A stretch of 63,933 bases of DNA, filler included, from Barthelona sp. PAP020 (Eukaryota): the NCBI GenBank assembly GCA_040182905.1. It is 3 parts of 3 records of this genome, joined end to end, with 100 filler letters (N's around TTAATTAATTAA, not from the genome) between each part and the next. Parts side by side here need not be neighbours in the genome. Positions count along the whole stretch, not along the records: positions 45,847 to 63,933 come from JARQWU010000230.1; 2 more parts are not named here. One strand, given 5' to 3'. Below, one piece after another: positions 55,201 to 63,933 of this stretch. Under the pieces are notes generated by a model. That model was not told the DNA's origin, searched no databases, and saw only the letters and a program-made list of their open reading frames with translations. The position numbers and the translations under genes are program-made. The number at the start of each line of letters is the position of its first letter. Within the stretch, counting starts at the first letter, position 1.

Positions 55201-58200
55201 GCCGGTCCTGATCAGCAATTAAGACCTTCAGTTACTTTGAGTGGTTTGGGTAATGTGTCTTTCAGTGGAAGTGCTGATGTTACTGTTACTTGTGAATATG
55301 ATATTGCCGGAAGTACTATAGTGTCTGGTGGTATTGCTCAATTCCTTCCTGGTTTGCAAATGATTTCCATTGGTGAATGGCTCATTATCAACGGTGGTAC
55401 AGCAATGTTCCAAGGTTATTCTTGTGTGGCTATCAACTTTATGATTTCTTCTGGTAGTTTTTACACTGATTCTGAAGTTTATGTTAGTGGAAAGTTTTTG
55501 CAGAGTGGTGGTCACTTTGATTCTGCTGCTACTACTGAAATTGAACAAGAAGTTGTTATTTCTGGAGGTAATCATACTGGTTTAGGTTCAACAGTTGCAT
55601 ATTCAACTTTTGATTGGCTTGGTGGTTATATCAGTGGTACCAATGATTTTGTCTGTCATGAAAATGTTGTTGTCAATGGTACAACAAAATATCTTTCACA
55701 AAGACGTATCAAGTTCTTGAAGAATGCCACTTTTGCTTATGGTGATATTATTGCTGGTGATGGCGCTTCATTCGTTACAAACGAAAATTCAACTCTTTTC
55801 CTGAATCCTGGTGAAGGATATATCTTTGATGGTGTTGGATCTCGTCCTGAATTGGGAATTGCTGTTTCTATGATTAAAATTGGTGATACTTTAAGTGAAT
55901 TTGAATGGTATGTTACTGTTCTTGGTACTATTGACATTGAAGAAGGTTCTGTTTTCTTTGTTGGTGGTGGTTTTTCTTATGGTAACATTTCTACTGCTTT
56001 AGGTACTACTACTGGTTTTGGTGGTTTATCAACATTCACATTTACACCTGATTCTTTTGTTAAAGGATATGGTAATGTTGAAATGGTGAGTGGTTATGTT
56101 TCTTTGTTAGATGAGTCAAGTATTACAACTGAAGGTACACTTACTGTTAATGGATCAAGTGTTACTGTAAGTGAAGGTGCCAATTTAGAATGTTCAGCAA
56201 TCATTGTTGATGGTGATACAACATCCACATTAACATTTGATGGAACAAAAACACAATATTTACCTGCTGTTACAGTTTTAGGAGGTCAATTAAAGGCACG
56301 TACTTCAATTGTAACACCTTCTCTTGATATCAGTGGTGGTTCTTCTGCATTCCATTCTACCATTTTATGTGAAAATGATTTTTACATTGATGGTGGTGTT
56401 GTTTATTTCTTAACCTCTAGTATTATTGACAATGAATGTATTATATCGGGAACTGGTCGTGTTGATGGTTCTGGTGTGATGCAATGTAACGGTAAAGTTT
56501 ACTGGAGAGGTGGTACTTTTGCAGGAGTTGGTTCAACTGCTTCTTCTACTGGTTATACTTTTGAAGGTCCTGATAATAAATATTTGGAAGAACGTACCAT
56601 TATCAACACCAACTCTATTGAATGGGAAGAAGGTGATATTATTTTGTCTGATGGTGCTGTTATCAACAACACCAAATCCGGTATTTTGAAGATATTCCAC
56701 AATTCAGGAAATTCAATGACTTCTGGTGGAGGAATTCCATCTTTATTGCACAATGAGGGAAAAATATTATTGTCTAATTTGTTGGAACAATCGATCAGTA
56801 GAATTAATGTTCCTTTGTATACTGAACCATCTTCAACAATTGATGTTGGAAATGGTGCATTGAGGTTACAATCAGAGGCAACAATTAATTCTCTTGTTAA
56901 AGTTCTTGCATTTGGTAAGTTGGATATTGATGGTGGAGCTGATGTTCGTTTCCTCAGTGGTGAATTATTGGTAAATGGTAATTTCAGAATATTTGGTGGT
57001 TCTACTATTCTTTCTAACATTGTTTGGGATACTACTGAACTTGGTGAACTTCATTTATACGATGGATACATTTTATTTGCTGATGATGTCATTGTTGAAC
57101 AATTCGCTTATAAATTTGCAATGTATGATGGTATTATGGATTTGAGAGTACCTATGACTGCTCATGTTATGACCAATATTTATGGTGGTGAATTAATCTT
57201 GAACTGTCTCGATTTTTCATTGGATGCAATGACATTTTGGGGTGGTATTATTATGGGTAAAGGAACTATTACTGTTGGTAAAATTGTTTGGCATGCAGGT
57301 ACATTTGGTGATGTGGGTGAAGTAAAAGTCAATTTATTACAAGCCCAAAACGGAACAAAGATAATTGATCGAAGAACAATTACGGTTGTTTCCTTGTTAC
57401 ATTGGACAGGTGGTGATATAATTGGACAGAATAGTGGTTCAATTAGTGTTTTAATGACTGGTCAGATCCTTGCTGATACGACAAGTGGTGCCATGTCAAT
57501 TACATGTTCTGATATTGAGATTCCTTCAGAAATTATCAATGATGGTGTCATTGAAATTAAAGGATCCAATCAATTGGTGTTTAATTGGGCTTATTCTGGT
57601 TATGGTACTTTTGAAATGACAGAAGGCACCATGCGTTTCGATGACCATCGAATTGAAGTTTTGGGAACTATTTTACTAAATGCTGGTACTTCCATTATTT
57701 CTACTACCTCAGGTCGTTTTGTGATCGGAGAAAGTGGCATTCTAAATCTTGCTTCTGGGTCTCAATTCGAAGCTACTGCTGGTTCTGTTGAAATTCAAGG
57801 AGAAGTGATGGGTGATGGAGATTTTATTATTGATCATCCTGATGTTAAAGTTTATGTTTCATATTTGACTCAAATAGTTACTGACAATTTCCAATTGTTG
57901 AGAGGTACTTTGAATATCCTTCAACATTCTTTTAATATTCCTCATTTAGTGTTAGCAAACGCAAAAATTGTTGGTTATGGTTCTATTCATATTGATCATT
58001 TGGAATTGGTAACTGGTGGAACTTCTGAACTTCATTTGGGACATTTTAACATTAGCAACATGGAAATGAAGGAAAGTTCAAATTTGGTAATGCAAAATTG
58101 TACTGTTGAAGCATACAGTGGAGGTTTTGAAAGAAACACAGATATCACTTTGAATGAATCCTTATTTATTGTTCCAAAGAATGGTTCCATTGAAGCATAT

Positions 58201-61200
58201 GGACCTGATTATGTTGATTTTATTACTACTGATTCTGTTGAGTATATGTCTAAGGTTATTATACGTGGTACATTCCGTTCTCAATCTACAACAAGATTCT
58301 TTATGAATGTTGTTGTTGAAGAGTCCGGTCTTTTTGAAGTTTACGGAGTCACATCAATTTATAATAGTTACACCTTTTTAGTTTTAGGCAAAGTGTTCAT
58401 TAATAATGCTAATTTTATCATTCAAGATACTTCTACACTTTCCATTAGTGAAACTGGTTTAGTTGAGGGTAATTATGGTGCTCGTTTCACTGAATCTGGT
58501 CAATTAGAGATCTCTGGTGATGCTTCTACTGCTACTGCCTTCTCTTTCGAAGGAACTTCCACTTTACGTTTCTATAAGAGCATTTCTATGACACCACCTC
58601 CAGTTTTTTCAAGTTCTTCTCAAATGATTGTTGATAAAAAGGCAGAGAATTTGACATTAGGTAATATTTATTTACAAGATAGTGTTAAATTATATATTTA
58701 TGCTAATATTCATATGAGCCGTTTGGATATGATAGAGAATTGTTTTATTGGTCTTGGTCATGCAACTGAATTAACTATTGATCTGTTCTATGCTCGTTCT
58801 GGTACGGTTCATCTTGCACCTTTCTCTTCATTTATTACTAAATCTGGTGATTTATATGATCGTTCTGATTATCGTTTTATAATGGAAGGTGAAGGACATA
58901 CTGCTCGTTGGATTATTGATGGTACTTTTTGGATGAGAAGAAGTCAAACTCAAATAGCAATACTTCGTGGTATCATTATAGATATTCCTGCTGGTTCAAC
59001 AATGTACATGAAACCCAATGGAAATCATGTTCAAATTCATACTGATCATAATAATTTAGCATATTATCATGTTCGAGGAACGTTATCGTTTGAAAGTACA
59101 AGCGCTAATGCAGTAAGAACATATCAATATGTTCCCATTTGGGGCTTTGACAATGGTTTAATTAAAGTAAATGCTTACTCAAGAGTGTTCTGGGAATCCC
59201 ATTTATTTGGAAAATATTTTGGAGTTAATTGTTTGGATAATTCTCATTTCTATATCAATGATCCAAATTATCGTGAACACATTTGGAAAGGTGAATTCAA
59301 TCAATATTTTAAGATTGGTCCTGATGCTCATCTTACTTTTGATGGTGGTCTTAATAGTATTAGATATGGACGTTGGTGGGTGTATGGATATAGTAGTGTT
59401 TCTTGCTCCAATTTCCGTCCATATGGCAGTAGTTATTGGTACATCAGCAGTGATAAAAGCCATATATGTCAAGGTGGTACTTTATATACAACGGAAAATG
59501 TTAGACTTCACATTTACAAGGTACCCAATCCAAACTGGAATATTGTTTTGAATCTCGGTGGTGATACTTACATGAATTATGATAGTGGTAACACTTATTT
59601 ATATCTTTTTAAGGGTGTAAATATTACAGTTGATCAAGCAATTTTCTATGATCATACTAATATGGATTACAGGTACAGATATTATGACCCTAACAATCTT
59701 GGTAATCATTGGACTCTTCATAACAGATATATTCACAGTCATGCTCATATTGATGGAGTTTTAAAAGCCAATCAAGTTCATGTTTGGGGAAATGATATTG
59801 GTGGTAATGGTGTTATCATCACAAATCATTACATTGAAGATGCTCACCAATATTCATCTGGTCATACTTGGAGAGGAAATTTAGTCATCCATATCAAGAC
59901 TTATGGATATTTTCACAAATCTTCTTCCTCAAATGAAGCTGGAACTTCACCCACTTATGTGTTGCATAATTCCGCATATCTTGGTATGAGTGGTGGATGG
60001 GGAACTGGTACGTATGGATCTGGTAGTAGCAAATACATTACGGTGATTTCATATGGTGGAAAACTCCATCTTAATGGCAGATACGATGTGATTGAAATTT
60101 ATGTACGTGGTTATTTCATGGGTGGAGGCTGCGAATTTTATCAATGTAATCTTCAGGGACGTATTCATTACTCACAAACTCTTTTAGATAATTCACGTAT
60201 TTGGACTTCTGGTTCATACAGAAATCAAATTCCTGTGGTTTATGGTACTTTTGTCAGTGTTAATGGATTGCATTTGCAAACAGCTGTTGGTGCTGGTATT
60301 CATTATTATCCCACATCGTATTATTATGGTGAGCTTTTTGTTGATCGTGGTGGATCCTCATGGGTATATCAAATTCTATTTTTGCATACCGATTTTATTT
60401 TCCTGCAAAATGGAAGAATGAGAGTTAATGTCGCACCACTTGTCATATATTCTGGTTGGGGAACCGACAATAATCGTCTGTATTTCTTTGGACCCAATAC
60501 TACTTGGAAGTATGGTAGTACTGAAGGACAATATCATTATTTTAGATCAAAAGTTTACTTGCTTGATCCCGCTGAATCAGCCAATTATTATTGGTATCCG
60601 TATAATCTTGCAACTTTGAAAATTTTTGGAACTCGTCCTGTAACAATCCAACATCTTCGTTTAAGAGGTGCTGCTCTCCATATATATGTTCCTGTGACAA
60701 TTACTGGTTATCTAGAAATGTATGGTTCTTATGATTATATTTCTAACAGGTGGTATGGGAGCAGTTATTACCGTGATGATTGTAAATCATACATTTATGG
60801 ACGTACCACTCTTACTATAGCTGATACAGCTTACATGCAAACTTCTTGGACGAGAGCTTTGTACATTTATCCACATGTTGTGATTGATGGTGTTCTAAAG
60901 GCTTCTGGTGGTAGTCCTCGTTTTAGTGGAGGTATTACAGTCAATGTGGGTGGTGTTGTTGAAATAAAGCCCACTTCTGATACTTATTCCATATATAATA
61001 GTGAGGTTTTGGATGGTAAACATCAACCTTTCCATCTTTATGGTACTATTAATTGTTTCGATGCTACTCGTAGTTCTGCATATTCATATATTGGTAATAT
61101 TTTTTATGGACATCCTGGTTCTGTTATTCGAATGAATAAAAATTATTTGAGATTCGCTAAAGCTGCTTATATTTATTCAAACATTTATGTTGATTCAAGT

Positions 61201-63933
61201 GATGCTTTCCTTTTGAATTATGATGTTATGTATATTTATTCTGAATTATCTTTAGCTGGTAAGTTTTATGTTCGTGATACTGTACATTTTTATGGTTACT
61301 TAAATAATAGAGACAGTGGTACTGCCATTATTTATTTGGATGAAGGAGATTCTGTGTTGTATTTTCATTCGTCACATCCACCTGTTGCATCTGATGATAA
61401 ACAAATTCCATGGACAACAGCAACTTATAATACTTGGCCAATAACTCAAGCTACACACAGCAGTTCTTATTTGGACTTTACCAATAATCCAGTTGAAATT
61501 ACGACCAGTTTTGTTTCTAAAGGTACATTGAATAACAATAATGATTTAGATATCAATTATATGTTTGAAATGCACAGCGGTCATTTAACTGGTTCAGGAA
61601 CTGTTAATTTTAATGATGAAGTGTATTTTAAGTCAAGTTCTACAAAAGTATTTGGTAAACCTTTGACTATTGCCAACAAATTGGTTTGGGAAGATGGTGA
61701 CTTGTTATTTGATGATGATTCTGCTATGATTATCGATTCCACTGCTCATGTTACTTTCCAAAATAATGGTGAACAAAAGATTTCTTTTTCTACCTCAGCT
61801 ACTAGACAAAATGCATATTTGGAAAGTTACACACCAAATTTGTTCAAAACCAATGCTTATACCTTGAATATTTATCTACCTTTTACTCTAAATGGTACAT
61901 TTGCTGTCATGAATGGAGCACAAGTTAGAATATACAGTGCAAGTTATTTTACTGGTATAATGTATTTGTATTCAAGTTCATACATCAGGTTTTCTAGTCA
62001 AAAATCCACCATTGATAATTTATATTTCATTGATGATGGTTCATCACCAGCAATTTATGTTAACACTGAATTATTTTTGAAAAATAACATCTCTTACTCA
62101 GCAAACTTTAGGTTAAATGTTGAAAGCGGAGGTATTTTAACATTAGATCCCTCAACAACCCTTTATAATGTAACTTACGACACTGATGGAATATTAAGAG
62201 TTACTGGTGGTTCAGTGTATTTGACTGAAATACAGAACAGATATAATTACATTGAAATGTCATCTGGCACTATAATAATCACTGAAGATATTGAAATTGA
62301 TTCTTTAAAAATTACAGGTGCGTCAACAATTCAAATGTTGTATGGTTCTACCTTGTCAATTATGGAAACCTTTGAATCAACTTCCTTTTCTATCATTGGT
62401 GATGGTGTGTTAAATATTTATTGTCCTAAATTTGCTTTCAGTTCCACGACTGATTTTAAGAATAGTATTACTGTGCATGTTTATGGAATTTATGATTGGA
62501 CAGCAGGTCAATTAAGAACCTATGATGATTCTCAATTAATCTTTGAAAGTTCTTCAACTATTATTGGTAGTAGTAAAATTCATCGATATTTCAGAGGTTA
62601 TTCAACAAAACCTATCTTGTTGAAAGGTGAAATTGAAATGACTTATGCCAGTACATCCCATCATTTGTATTTATATGGTTATATTATTTTTGAAGAGACA
62701 GCTTACTTGCATAATGATAATGATTTCTACACTCTTTGGTATCCTGAAGGAAAGACAATTACTGTTCATGGAAAAATTGATTTATCTTTTTATGAAGGTT
62801 TGCGTGTTTATGGTTCTGTTGTATTTTCGGCCACTTCTCAAGTGAATGCTTCCATTCATTTGTATAATGGCAATACTGTTGATTTTTATGGTCAATTAAT
62901 AACTCCTCCTTCCATTCTTAACAATCCAACATTGTACCAAATCAGAGTGGATAATGGCTATTTCAATTTCCATGGTCCTTCATTGACTTATGAAACAGAT
63001 GGAGGTGAATATCGTATTGATAATACTCAATTTATGATTCCTGAAAATGTTTCAATTTATTGTGGTACAGGTTATGTGAATTTTACAAATATGAATGCTT
63101 CAATTGGCCGTTTATACATGGCTAATTCATACATTCATTTCAGAGAGTTACATATTTTGAAATATATTTGGTTGGATGGATATATTAACTCTGAAGCTAC
63201 TCTTAAAGTTAAAATGCCCCATCATGCTGAATTATATTTCGAAGAAGATGCAGAAATTTACTTCTATGATTCTACTTTCTTCTCTTCCACTAATATCATG
63301 AATAAGGCTATTTGGAATGTTAAATCCTACAGTTTTACAATATACCTTTATGACACTGTTATTAACAATTTGAACATTATGATTGTTAAAAAGACTGTTG
63401 AATTATATCTGTTTTCGGGAAGTGGAAGTGAAGAAGACTTTAAATTTGTTAATTATGGAATCGTTGAAACTTACAGTTCATTCCATTGTGATGCTCATCT
63501 TATCAATTATGGTAATTTTACTGTGGTTGAAAATATTGCATATTCTGACAATTCTTTCCATAACTATGGTAATTTTACAATATATTCTAGTTTTTATCGT
63601 CGTTATGCTACACCGGGTTATAACTATCCTGGATCTTTCTTGAAAGGTACTGGTCTTTATCAAATTCAAGGAAGTGCAATAGATAGATTCTATGGTGATT
63701 ATGAGTTAGAAGCTGGTTCTGTCTTAGATATTGAAGGACAAGCAGTTATTTATAATCACTATTCAAATACCTCTATTGGTGAAACTTATTCAACAGACAG
63801 CCTCAACGTTGATTTCAGCAAATTCTTTGTCACAACTGAACTTTCTGGAAAGATGTATGCTTATGATTTGAATGATAGTATTTCTATCAAGTTTTTGAAT
63901 GGTTATTTGTATGTTTGGGGTGAATTACAATTG
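49213..63933 (+). CDS. Giant secreted or surface beta-strand-repeat protein (>=4,907 aa, 3'-incomplete); missing from ORF track
   Basis: ATG at 49213 gives signal peptide MRNVLSCSLFSFIFILFFVLTTTFG. No stop in the blocks I translated, and the track lists no frame +1 ORF here, which implies the frame stays open to the window end. Gly/Thr/Ser/Val-rich repetitive sequence. Confidence 0.9.
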   Translation, partial: MRNVLSCSLFSFIFILFFVLTTTFGYEECYFTRDMVYEPLNVSLPYWECGTIPSVNHDVIFYRAIGFSDVNVVVHDIHLIDSHLRIDSSTYTAMGDVYLTAEMDYTNDYYQIDRCSITGVSFKAVNMYHSGGVHGDLADKKTVTSTILTGNYVFGTSPRLSVVSGRTIEVQGNLTILNGVTEVQVAYGGSLEVTGYVFFPSNNFKFSYYEPTVPTVGFTFTFSNHIYLGSGNRVFEIYADVEFDGNLYSDGGELHFYRCFTSAVTDSVNKGKFYANTENPTTVNFHTVDSVTCYNAYSNLYFFETDQPTRTDLGLMFGGESFTLLSSQIDYSLLNEFGFTGQEVTFGCDATLTLSRFVVNAIISVSGTYCNINSGEIVANSPFQSGSIPIEFNIVTQDLIVENTTLTISPSITGTGNIYVDSNATLVLLEDSTFDGILDFKYGTLIGDSSGRPKLSVDSITFETDSGDWDQKVIEYIDIIVNSDIDWTGGNIDCVSSTLTAGNMSLIQPISATKPLQFIHTKNDAMCSIIIADNLVRESELPIILDANITVENISLSLSGNITFRGGLYLTGYLESSSSDVIFSRCSFNPLAKVVYTFVQNDSLDILTNIIVSNTEFVLEENRILYPLVVNLKFGSGSIMTWNDSRDFKYIEFESGNHVFKKCGYYSSLLFSGDANVEFQAAFSVDTITLNEATPYGSLISLVADETTNITNFIQYGQDVKFTNMNVTASAVISQASIFRIQEATEFKSLVISETASLIGTGGSSIVTVESFSFNGGSVKGTDFATQLTVNVLNTFTTATTTDKRMYYSKIVGKTDSTMTFGHKDLICDGDATVECEGCSTFSFTSNSNLKYNTGGRCTVKSSALIKKTSTDTTFIAWHVDGDDSFEAVDTSITFEDASFAVQPNINLQGNVTFDNVNDYFNLGQTITLDGTVVFKAETYNFGSTATVYAIDAIFDVIQSASLHLQTNVHAKILNVDQSYFKAYSPYAHIFTNVTTVSSNYEIRSSFTVERLEQNGAYGDLYGTMTVDNLVLNSGEFRVFSGGVLNAKSIILNGGILRIYAGGVVDTDFITWQGGQTVLYSGGVLGGDVMLVDNANTITFNEGTVNFYNVTVLSGYLLLDKSTITYYIQSGGETRFTETTQIQYVNTTGGSFKGDTNTATAFSGDVYEFRDTYVRIYQSSVSKFIIHGSTNLYLYYIVAPYPQIDVYGGNFRHYASSRHVDTVNLYGGTYYTCTTYVTNFNFYGGVIAIYSTSYRPLYITNFKVYDSAAKQINCRITADHYTHYEGVIAINTYSYIRVNTGGTFDLDSSFDGTLAIPVSSLTYPRSDYDLKPYVYFMTGSVATIDYPVKFNVTLYNEGTINVDSSMYVYGLQNFEVINLLANSVVELAGQSTLRYMSSCSGIGEFYPSLQSSDSFRIDNGATLDYSGNMTVNEGTFTILSGSDVSKLATNIEFVGPSLTVTIPSDLSLVSDIFIIRAGSITINGLYTIDDSVFLYGGTFVINEMVASRVFVFDGIHTYLSSINIPDLYQQISGTSNFQQHVNISTLIMENGNFNAFYTSNVYYMNLYGGTYQGVELVTFYNDFNWTAGSLIGAGEARIYAQTFIYTSNLKSVAKPLTFRSNVYWMNGDINLQNGGILDITPLCTFYCQPGENYNILKDVSGGSAVIYFTGSIIKEDSGKSEIQPPLSIEGTVLVKNGTLEFGGVGTCIKPFTVETAGHMIFSNDFNFTDPTTFNVAGILEFESGDIIWSGVVVSISGSLYISGASVLTKSSCLVNSFGDPAYISAGSWDVEMIPGIAFNELRISGGTVKFASMIETNFLNLFLPGGTLQAYSLFNVYTACNVTGGELQIKSTVRTYGMLHWYGGTLSGIGVLNTDGGVRIYEGVAAKVLEVAQFMNTQETIWYGGDIAVVGDSEFLNYGVSTLKLSPGGLMYQSGVGNPLFSSSGKILKYGEGIGGIGIPLIQSGSVKAYEGTLTLFGSIDATGLFFVDENATLDFAGPDQQLRPSVTLSGLGNVSFSGSADVTVTCEYDIAGSTIVSGGIAQFLPGLQMISIGEWLIINGGTAMFQGYSCVAINFMISSGSFYTDSEVYVSGKFLQSGGHFDSAATTEIEQEVVISGGNHTGLGSTVAYSTFDWLGGYISGTNDFVCHENVVVNGTTKYLSQRRIKFLKNATFAYGDIIAGDGASFVTNENSTLFLNPGEGYIFDGVGSRPELGIAVSMIKIGDTLSEFEWYVTVLGTIDIEEGSVFFVGGGFSYGNISTALGTTTGFGGLSTFTFTPDSFVKGYGNVEMVSGYVSLLDESSITTEGTLTVNGSSVTVSEGANLECSAIIVDGDTTSTLTFDGTKTQYLPAVTVLGGQLKARTSIVTPSLDISGGSSAFHSTILCENDFYIDGGVVYFLTSSIIDNECIISGTGRVDGSGVMQCNGKVYWRGGTFAGVGSTASSTGYTFEGPDNKYLEERTIINTNSIEWEEGDIILSDGAVINNTKSGILKIFHNSGNSMTSGGGIPSLLHNEGKILLSNLLEQSISRINVPLYTEPSSTIDVGNGALRLQSEATINSLVKVLAFGKLDIDGGADVRFLSGELLVNGNFRIFGGSTILSNIVWDTTELGELHLYDGYILFADDVIVEQFAYKFAMYDGIMDLRVPMTAHVMTNIYGGELILNCLDFSLDAMTFWGGIIMGKGTITVGKIVWHAGTFGDVGEVKVNLLQAQNGTKIIDRRTITVVSLLHWTGGDIIGQNSGSISVLMTGQILADTTSGAMSITCSDIEIPSEIINDGVIEIKGSNQLVFNWAYSGYGTFEMTEGTMRFDDHRIEVLGTILLNAGTSIISTTSGRFVIGESGILNLASGSQFEATAGSVEIQGEVMGDGDFIIDHPDVKVYVSYLTQIVTDNFQLLRGTLNILQHSFNIPHLVLANAKIVGYGSIHIDHLELVTGGTSELHLGHFNISNMEMKESSNLVMQNCTVEAYSGGFERNTDITLNESLFIVPKNGSIEAYGPDYVDFITTDSVEYMSKVIIRGTFRSQSTTRFFMNVVVEESGLFEVYGVTSIYNSYTFLVLGKVFINNANFIIQDTSTLSISETGLVEGNYGARFTESGQLEISGDASTATAFSFEGTSTLRFYKSISMTPPPVFSSSSQMIVDKKAENLTLGNIYLQDSVKLYIYANIHMSRLDMIENCFIGLGHATELTIDLFYARSGTVHLAPFSSFITKSGDLYDRSDYRFIMEGEGHTARWIIDGTFWMRRSQTQIAILRGIIIDIPAGSTMYMKPNGNHVQIHTDHNNLAYYHVRGTLSFESTSANAVRTYQYVPIWGFDNGLIKVNAYSRVFWESHLFGKYFGVNCLDNSHFYINDPNYREHIWKGEFNQYFKIGPDAHLTFDGGLNSIRYGRWWVYGYSSVSCSNFRPYGSSYWYISSDKSHICQGGTLYTTENVRLHIYKVPNPNWNIVLNLGGDTYMNYDSGNTYLYLFKGVNITVDQAIFYDHTNMDYRYRYYDPNNLGNHWTLHNRYIHSHAHIDGVLKANQVHVWGNDIGGNGVIITNHYIEDAHQYSSGHTWRGNLVIHIKTYGYFHKSSSSNEAGTSPTYVLHNSAYLGMSGGWGTGTYGSGSSKYITVISYGGKLHLNGRYDVIEIYVRGYFMGGGCEFYQCNLQGRIHYSQTLLDNSRIWTSGSYRNQIPVVYGTFVSVNGLHLQTAVGAGIHYYPTSYYYGELFVDRGGSSWVYQILFLHTDFIFLQNGRMRVNVAPLVIYSGWGTDNNRLYFFGPNTTWKYGSTEGQYHYFRSKVYLLDPAESANYYWYPYNLATLKIFGTRPVTIQHLRLRGAALHIYVPVTITGYLEMYGSYDYISNRWYGSSYYRDDCKSYIYGRTTLTIADTAYMQTSWTRALYIYPHVVIDGVLKASGGSPRFSGGITVNVGGVVEIKPTSDTYSIYNSEVLDGKHQPFHLYGTINCFDATRSSAYSYIGNIFYGHPGSVIRMNKNYLRFAKAAYIYSNIYVDSSDAFLLNYDVMYIYSELSLAGKFYVRDTVHFYGYLNNRDSGTAIIYLDEGDSVLYFHSSHPPVASDDKQIPWTTATYNTWPITQATHSSSYLDFTNNPVEITTSFVSKGTLNNNNDLDINYMFEMHSGHLTGSGTVNFNDEVYFKSSSTKVFGKPLTIANKLVWEDGDLLFDDDSAMIIDSTAHVTFQNNGEQKISFSTSATRQNAYLESYTPNLFKTNAYTLNIYLPFTLNGTFAVMNGAQVRIYSASYFTGIMYLYSSSYIRFSSQKSTIDNLYFIDDGSSPAIYVNTELFLKNNISYSANFRLNVESGGILTLDPSTTLYNVTYDTDGILRVTGGSVYLTEIQNRYNYIEMSSGTIIITEDIEIDSLKITGASTIQMLYGSTLSIMETFESTSFSIIGDGVLNIYCPKFAFSSTTDFKNSITVHVYGIYDWTAGQLRTYDDSQLIFESSSTIIGSSKIHRYFRGYSTKPILLKGEIEMTYASTSHHLYLYGYIIFEETAYLHNDNDFYTLWYPEGKTITVHGKIDLSFYEGLRVYGSVVFSATSQVNASIHLYNGNTVDFYGQLITPPSILNNPTLYQIRVDNGYFNFHGPSLTYETDGGEYRIDNTQFMIPENVSIYCGTGYVNFTNMNASIGRLYMANSYIHFRELHILKYIWLDGYINSEATLKVKMPHHAELYFEEDAEIYFYDSTFFSSTNIMNKAIWNVKSYSFTIYLYDTVINNLNIMIVKKTVELYLFSGSGSEEDFKFVNYGIVETYSSFHCDAHLINYGNFTVVENIAYSDNSFHNYGNFTIYSSFYRRYATPGYNYPGSFLKGTGLYQIQGSAIDRFYGDYELEAGSVLDIEGQAVIYNHYSNTSIGETYSTDSLNVDFSKFFVTTELSGKMYAYDLNDSISIKFLNGYLYVWGELQL
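53950..57700 (+). repeat. Five degenerate ~260-295-aa protein-level tandem repeats within the giant ORF
   Basis: Anchor W-x-[AG]-G-x-x-x-G at 53965 (FNWTAGSLIG), 54793 (LHWYGGTLSG), 55615 (FDWLGGYISG), 56503 (VYWRGGTFAG), 57289 (IVWHAGTF). Each is followed ~30 aa later by [WF]xxGDI. Spacings are 828, 822, 888 and 786 nt. Confidence 0.8.

Noticed and set aside
49745..63669. Many short ORFs listed in the track in this region
   Set aside because: Off-frame or antisense shadows of the giant frame +1 ORF.
1..63933. Alternative genetic code (TAA/TAG = Gln) or prokaryotic/viral origin
   Set aside because: TAA, TAG and TGA all end conserved proteins at expected positions. Spliceosomal introns and flagellar and trafficking genes indicate a nuclear genome.

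Overview
Eukaryotic nuclear DNA from a very AT-rich, gene-dense, intron-poor flagellated protist using the standard genetic code. The short introns with a branch point close to the 3' AG resemble metamonads, but taxonomy is only inferred. The window is three contigs joined by artificial 100-nt spacers (N44-TTAATTAATTAA-N44): A 1-22907, B 23008-45746, C 45847-63933. Contig A has tRNA-Gly(TCC), two tandem catalytically dead calpain-like genes (one DEK1-like multipass membrane protein, one fused to a villin headpiece), meiotic ZIP4/TEX11, PP5, DCAF7, a Gemin2-like gene and a Vps33 3' end. Contig B holds the main result: ORC3, ORC4, ORC1 and ORC5 are four consecutive genes, and ORC2 and CDC6 lie on the same 22.7-kb contig. 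All six AAA+ ring subunits of the replication initiator are therefore among 18 genes, with a POLE3/Dpb4-like gene between them. The subunits are miniaturised and several have degenerate ATPase motifs. Contig C has an Hsp70-like 3' end, an unknown coiled-coil gene and a >4,900-codon secreted beta-helix-like repeat protein that is absent from the ORF track because it runs off the window. All family calls come from by-eye motif comparison with reference sequences recalled from memory; no searches were run.
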